From Mobula hypostoma (lineage: Eukaryota), in NCBI RefSeq assembly GCF_963921235.1, contig NC_086108.1, positions 66,528,001 to 66,592,000 on the forward strand: 64,000 bases of DNA, read 5' to 3'. Made by a program: the position numbers and the translations under genes. Shown one piece after another: positions 58,638 through 64,000 of the stretch. The notes below the pieces were generated by a model. That model saw only the letters and a program-made list of their open reading frames with translations. It was not told the DNA's origin and made no database searches. Every line of letters starts with the position of its first letter. Position 1 is the first letter of the stretch.

Positions 58638-60143
58638 CAATAGACAATAGACAATAGGTGCAGGAGTAGGCCATTCGGCCCCTTTGAGCCAGCACCACCA
58701 TTCACTGTGATCATGGCTGATCATCCACTATCAGTATCCAGTTCCTGCCTTATCCCCATAACCTTTGATTCCGCTATCTTTTAAGAGCTCTATCCATCTC
58801 TTTCTTGAAGTATCCAGAGACTTGGCCTCCACAGCCTTCTGGGGCAGAGCATTCCATATATCCACCACTCTCTGGGTGAAAAAGTTTTTCCTCAACTCCG
58901 TTCTAAATGGCCTACCCCTTATTCTTAAACTGTGGCCTCTGGTTCTAGACTCACCCATCAGCGGGAACATGCTTCCTGCCTCCAGCGTGTCCAATCCCTT
59001 AATAATCTTATATGTTTCAATAAGATTCCCTCTCAGCCTTCTAAATTCCAGAGTATACAAGCCCAGTGGCTCCAATTTTTCAACATATGACAGTCCCGCC
59101 ATCCCGGGAATTAACCTTGTGAACCTACGCTGCACTCCCTCAATAGTAAGAATGTCCTTCCTCAAATTTGGAGACCAAAACTGCACACAGTACTCCAGGT
59201 GTGGTCTCACCAGGGCCCTGTACAGCTGCAGAAGGACCTCTTTGCTCTTATACTCAATTCCCCTTGTTATGAAGGCCATTAGCTTTCTTCACTGCCTGCT
59301 GTACTTGCATGCTTGCTTTCAGTGACTGATGTACAAGAACATCTTTTCCTTTTCCTAACTTTTCCTAACTTTACTCCATTTAGATAATAATCTGCCTTCC
59401 TGTTCTTAGCACCAAAGTAGATAACCTCACATTTATCCACATTAAACTGCATCTGCCATGCATCTGCCCACTCACCCAGCCTGTCCAGTCACCCTGCATT
59501 CTCATAACATCCTCCTCACATTTCACACTGCCACCCAGCTTTGTGTCATCAGCAAATTTGCTAATGTTACTTTTAATTCCCTCATCTAAATCATTAATAT
59601 ATATTGTAAACAGCTGCAGTCCCAGCACTGAACCCTGCGGTACCTCACTGGTCACTGCCTGCCATTCCGAAAGGGACCTGTTAATCGCTACTCTTTGTTT
59701 TCTGTCAGCCAGCCAATTTTCAATCCATGTCAGTACTCTGCCCCCAATACCATGTGCCCTAACTTTGCCCACTAATCTCCTATGTGGGACTTTATCAAAG
59801 GCTTTCTGAAAGTCCAAGTACACTACATCCACTGGCTCTCCCTTGTCCATTTTCATAGTTACATCCTCAAAAAATTCCAGAAGATTAGTCAAGTACGATT
59901 TCCCCTTCATAAGTCCATGCTGACTCAGACTGATCCTGTTACTGCTACCCAGATGTTTCGTAATTTCATCTTTTATAATTGACTCCAGCATCTTTCCCAC
60001 CACTGACGTCAGGTCTATAATTCCCTGTTTTCTCTCTTCCTCCCTTCTTTAAGAGAGGGACAACATTAGCCACCCTCCAATCCACAGGAACTGATCCTGA
60101 ATCTATAGAACATTGGAAAATGATTACCAATGCGTCCACGATT
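58638..60143 (-). mobile_element. CR1 LINE, 5'-truncated, relatively young
   Basis: ORFs 59380-60003 and 58731-59279 (DFQKAFDKVPH, QGSVLG, KFADDTKLGG, RPHLEYCVQFWSP, TRGHSLRIRG); (TCTATTG)n tail at 58638-58657. Confidence 0.95.
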
Positions 60144-63100
60144 TCCTTGGTCTTATTGCTGTTGAGTGCAAGGTTATCGATGCAACATCACTCAAATAGC
60201 CGATCTATCTCACTTCTGTACATCTCCAAATGTTCCTCATTGACAATATATAAAGCAACCTACTTTTAATTCACTAAGTTAAAGTAACTTGTTATGCCAA
60301 TGAGGGGGACGGTGGAGGGAATAAAACTAGGAGAGGAACATTTGGACTTTTCATTCAAAAATTGAGAGCAGGCGTAAACCTTATGGCCCTATGACCATTT
60401 TTGCTTAACTAATCTTATATCTTGTAAAAGGAAACATTTTCCTTTTCAATTCTGTCTTATGCTGTTGAAATTGAGCAATTCTTGCTTGATCCCATGAACT
60501 GAATGTACATTACAATCGCACCTTGTCATTGTAAGCTGTTTTAAAATGTTAACTGTTTTGATGACGATGACATTGAATTTCAGAAGTAGAATATAACACA
60601 ATGTTGCTGCTATAGTATATGTTCACCATTTCTAACCACAGATCAACACATCCAAACCGGCAAGGAATTGAATCCCTGCTATGTTTTTAGGACTAGATAG
60701 TGGAAAACTTGTGCTTTAAGTATGTAAATCTCAGACATGGTCATTATGTGCGAATTATGTTGTGAAATCCAATCCAGGGCACATTGTCTGTCATGCCACG
60801 TACTTTTGAGCAAAACAGCTGAACATAGGTCATGAAATTCAGCTCTAGAAAAAAATCATTGGCCACTCTCATGTTTTCATAGTACTCCATTCAAGTGGCC
60901 ACTTGTACTTGATGAAAATTCTGCAGTCTGGACACTGGCTGAGGAATCAGGATGCTATTGCACATTAACACAGCAACCTCAGTAGGAAACATTGTCATTT
61001 GTACAATTATTACCATGGGGTTTTCCTGCTGGCTATGCTACTTAAACTGTAGGAAGGCTTTGGAGATAAAGCAGAGATGTCTAAGGACCCTAAGGCTATA
61101 AGTGAAGAATATTCCCACAGATGATTGCATGGGCTGTCCAAGTTTGTTGTGGTCATGGAACATCCTAGACTCCTGTATTTCCTCTGATTCCAAACACAGA
61201 TGGAAAGTGACTTTCTTTCCCATCAATTCCGGATGTGACTTCGTCCTAATGTTTGATCATTCAGATCCCAGAGTGTTCATTCATGGTTACTGCTGCATTG
61301 ACGTATCAGGAAAGGAATATAAGCATGTCTATGACCGAGACACATGAGTGCGGTGATTGTTTGTTCTCTCTGCATGGGGACTAAAAATCACCTGTACATT
61401 TAACAATCACAGCGTTACTTCAGTTCCTTTCACCCAGAAAGCTCACACAAACTTCTACTGGAACATTTATTCTCAAAGATAGGCTGAAACCTGGGAAGTA
61501 GCGGGTGATTTTGGTCTTGAACTTGCATATTCCAGGAGGACTTTCTTCACAAAGAAGTCCTATGGTTTATAGGGTTCCCATCATTCAGGTTCATCACTGC
61601 GATCTCGATTGCGTTATGAGCCCCACCTCAAGCCAGATCACTGAGAATTTGAACAGAGGAAGATGCACATTCCCCAGACAGTTTCTTTTGCAGCCTCTTC
61701 AATAACAACAGTGCTATGGCTGGAGCACTGTTGTTAATGAATGCTACAGGAATGGATACAAGGCATTGAAGTAGCAATTTTTTGGTCTCTGCTTCTTTTT
61801 TTCACCTGAAAAGCAGTATTGCATAACGCTACATCCAAGCTATAATAAAAGGTTTAGATATACGTTAAGCACTCAGCAGCAGCTCTGCCTTTCTACTTAG
61901 AAGCAGGTCAATTTCTAGGAAAATACTTTTTTACATGTTTTGTGAATGGAGAGTACAGAATATTAATGTTTCATTTATAACTTGCTCTAAAGGGGGAAAG
62001 TCATTGTAGAAGTTTATTTTTGTGGTGGCAGAACATTGCTGGTTACTGATCTGTTTGCGCCAACAGCCAGAATAGTGGCTTTCAGATGACACAACTCCAA
62101 AAACTCAATCATTGATGATATTTCTATACAGTGTCATTCATTTGCTATGACAAAATAAGTAAATTTCTTTTTTTTATCAAACAGAATTTCAGGATTGTTA
62201 CTGACATTTTAGCAATTGTATTTTTTTCCTTTTTAAACTGATAGCTAGGGACTTCGTTCATTCATTACAATCTATAATGGGATGATAGAAATACTATTGC
62301 CTCAATACAATATTTTGTTAGTTGCATTTTCTGTTCTGCAGTGCCTTTTTTTGTTTAATTAAGGCATGCTGTCAGATCAACAATCTTATCTCTCACTAGA
62401 TATACAATTTAATCTAAGTGGTATCATCTAGTGAACATGTCAAAGTGGGATGAAAGCATTCGGTAGGATAATTACACTCATTAGCCGTGTAAGCCAACCT
62501 AAAAGATCAACACTTCACCATAGTGTTTATATCTCAACACTGTATGACCTCTTTGCTGCATGCAGATTGTTGACCCTCTAATTTTCCATCTGTATTTATG
62601 AAATGAAATTTAATATAATGTTTGAAACCAAGCACCTGAAATCTTGTCTCATTTCCCTCCTGGCATTTTATCCCCATGTGTTAAGCTTGTGCTGGCTGGA
62701 TGAATTTTGGTCAAAATTCTTTAGTGTCTGGAAAGGGTTGATTCTAATGAAGAAAAATTTATGCTTTTGAATTGTAATGTTAGCCACTCAAAAGGGAAGG
62801 TGTGATACAGGTCAATGACAAAATGGCCACCTTCAACCACAACCTCAGCTGAAACAACCCATAATGGCTGTTTCATTATCCGTTTTTTAGCTTCAGAGCA
62901 GAAACTGCTATCCAAACTAGAATGATTCTTTGTTGCAGATTTACATGTCCCATTTTTAAATTGTTTAAAAAATGTTAAAGGTGCCATTTGGAGAAAATTC
63001 GAAAACTAATAGCATTTGTATCAAGATGTCCTCGAATATTTAGAGTGTAACACATTTTCTCAGTTATAAGATATCGCATTTCTGTAAAATACTTTATGCT

Positions 63101-63249
63101 TATGGATTCATGAAGCATAGACTTGAGGCCATTGAATTTAAAGCAGTCTCTATTACATCTCTCTCTCCTAAACAAGGAATAATTAGAGTACTCAAAACTT
63201 TGAATTGTTCCATTGAGTTACATTTATAATTCTGCAGTAGCATTGATGA

Positions 63250-63570
63250 ACCCTTGTGGAGTAACCCGGGGTCCAAATTAACTGCTTTAATACAGTCAAA
63301 ACTAATTATACTTTTTTATAGTTTGGAAATTAAGCATAACAACAGCCTTCTGGAATACAGATAGAGTCTTGAAGTACCTCTTGGTAATTAGGGTAAATTA
63401 CTATTCAGCCAGAAGTGTCACCTACATCTATCTCCCGTTTTCTCTGTAATGGCAAGATTTCTGCCAACATCTGATTTGCAAATGATAGAAAAGCATCTTT
63501 AGTCTCAGATTAATTAGACAGACAATTAACATTATGCAGAAGAAACAAGTGGGCAATCAGGATATGTGTT
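63250..63570. promoter_or_regulatory. candidate conserved non-coding element
   Basis: Unique block dense in TAATTA/AATTA homeodomain cores within a TE-poor stretch. Conservation not tested. Confidence 0.3.
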
Positions 63571-64000
63571 GTCTCTGTAGTACTGCTATTATAAAGTTTC
63601 AATTTTGAGGCAATTGTCATGAAAACAATGCTGAAAAAAAATTGAAAATGTTTTTGAATCATGTGAATACATCTCAACTATAAACTTAACTGCATTTTCT
63701 TTACTATATATTAAATGATGAAGGGAACCCTGGTCTACATAACTTAAATCAGGTACTCTTTTGTCTGCATGGTTTGCTTGAATGTTAGAGTCCCGTGTTA
63801 TTCTCATGGAGATTGTGTGTGCGTTAGTATTTCTTGTCACTTTCTCAGTTCCTGTAGCTAGCTCAGTTTACCATTGATTTGTAAAATAAATTCCTTTGCT
63901 AAGATCACTTAATTTTGGAAAAATAAGCCTTAAAAATTGCAAATTTTAGATTTGCTATGTTTGATTTAATTATTTAAATGTTTGTTTAGATGGTTGAACT

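Larger units (their letters stand above)
56505..60240 (-). mobile_element. Rex1-like fragments split by nested PLE (57080-58514) and CR1 (58638-60143) insertions
   Basis: Pieces 56505-57079, 58515-58637 and 60144-60240 match the 16538-17230 copy and rejoin across the inserts (atgaaattt|gttgttt; acaatcaattc|cttggtcttattg). Confidence 0.75.

Noticed and set aside
58765..59325. 186-aa plus-strand ORF and similar antisense ORFs over CR1/PLE copies
   Set aside because: Antisense shadows of TE coding sequence.
61102..61347. 81-aa ORF in unique sequence
   Set aside because: GTG start, no recognisable domain and no convincing splice context; length within chance expectation. A BLASTX or RNA-seq hit would reopen it.

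Overview
Non-coding, repeat-rich vertebrate DNA. The repeat repertoire (CR1, Penelope-like, Rex1-like, RTE-derived and hAT elements) suggests a cartilaginous fish, probably a ray; this is an inference. I recognise no host protein-coding exon: every ORF with a recognisable domain belongs to a decayed transposon. Contents: (i) many Penelope-like element (PLE) copies, two with RT + GIY-YIG remnants (34.5-37.0 and 37.5-39.8 kb), three hairpin-shaped insertions with 13-bp TSDs, and minimal hammerhead ribozyme motifs in their terminal repeats; (ii) CR1 LINEs, including a three-level nest at 27.6-33.6 kb and SGNH-esterase ORF1 remnants; (iii) Rex1-like LINE fragments; (iv) an RNase H-bearing Nimb/I-group LINE; (v) a decayed Charlie/Buster hAT transposon with an 8-bp TSD; (vi) a tRNA-derived SINE and an LTR-like element with internal minisatellites; (vii) TE-poor blocks (0.7-2.9 and 9.3-16.5 kb, both retaining CpG; also 46-50 and 60-64 kb) with enhancer-like motif clusters and a CTCF-like site. 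The best candidate for novelty is a pair of related non-coding RTE-derived elements (43171-43631 and 8272-8871) whose 5' heads fold by eye into HDV-like ribozymes. The 43.6 kb copy has a P3 5' strand and L3 loop (GCC-UCCUCGCU) identical to genomic HDV, but it has lost its P1 5' strand. All structures were read by eye and none has been computed or tested.
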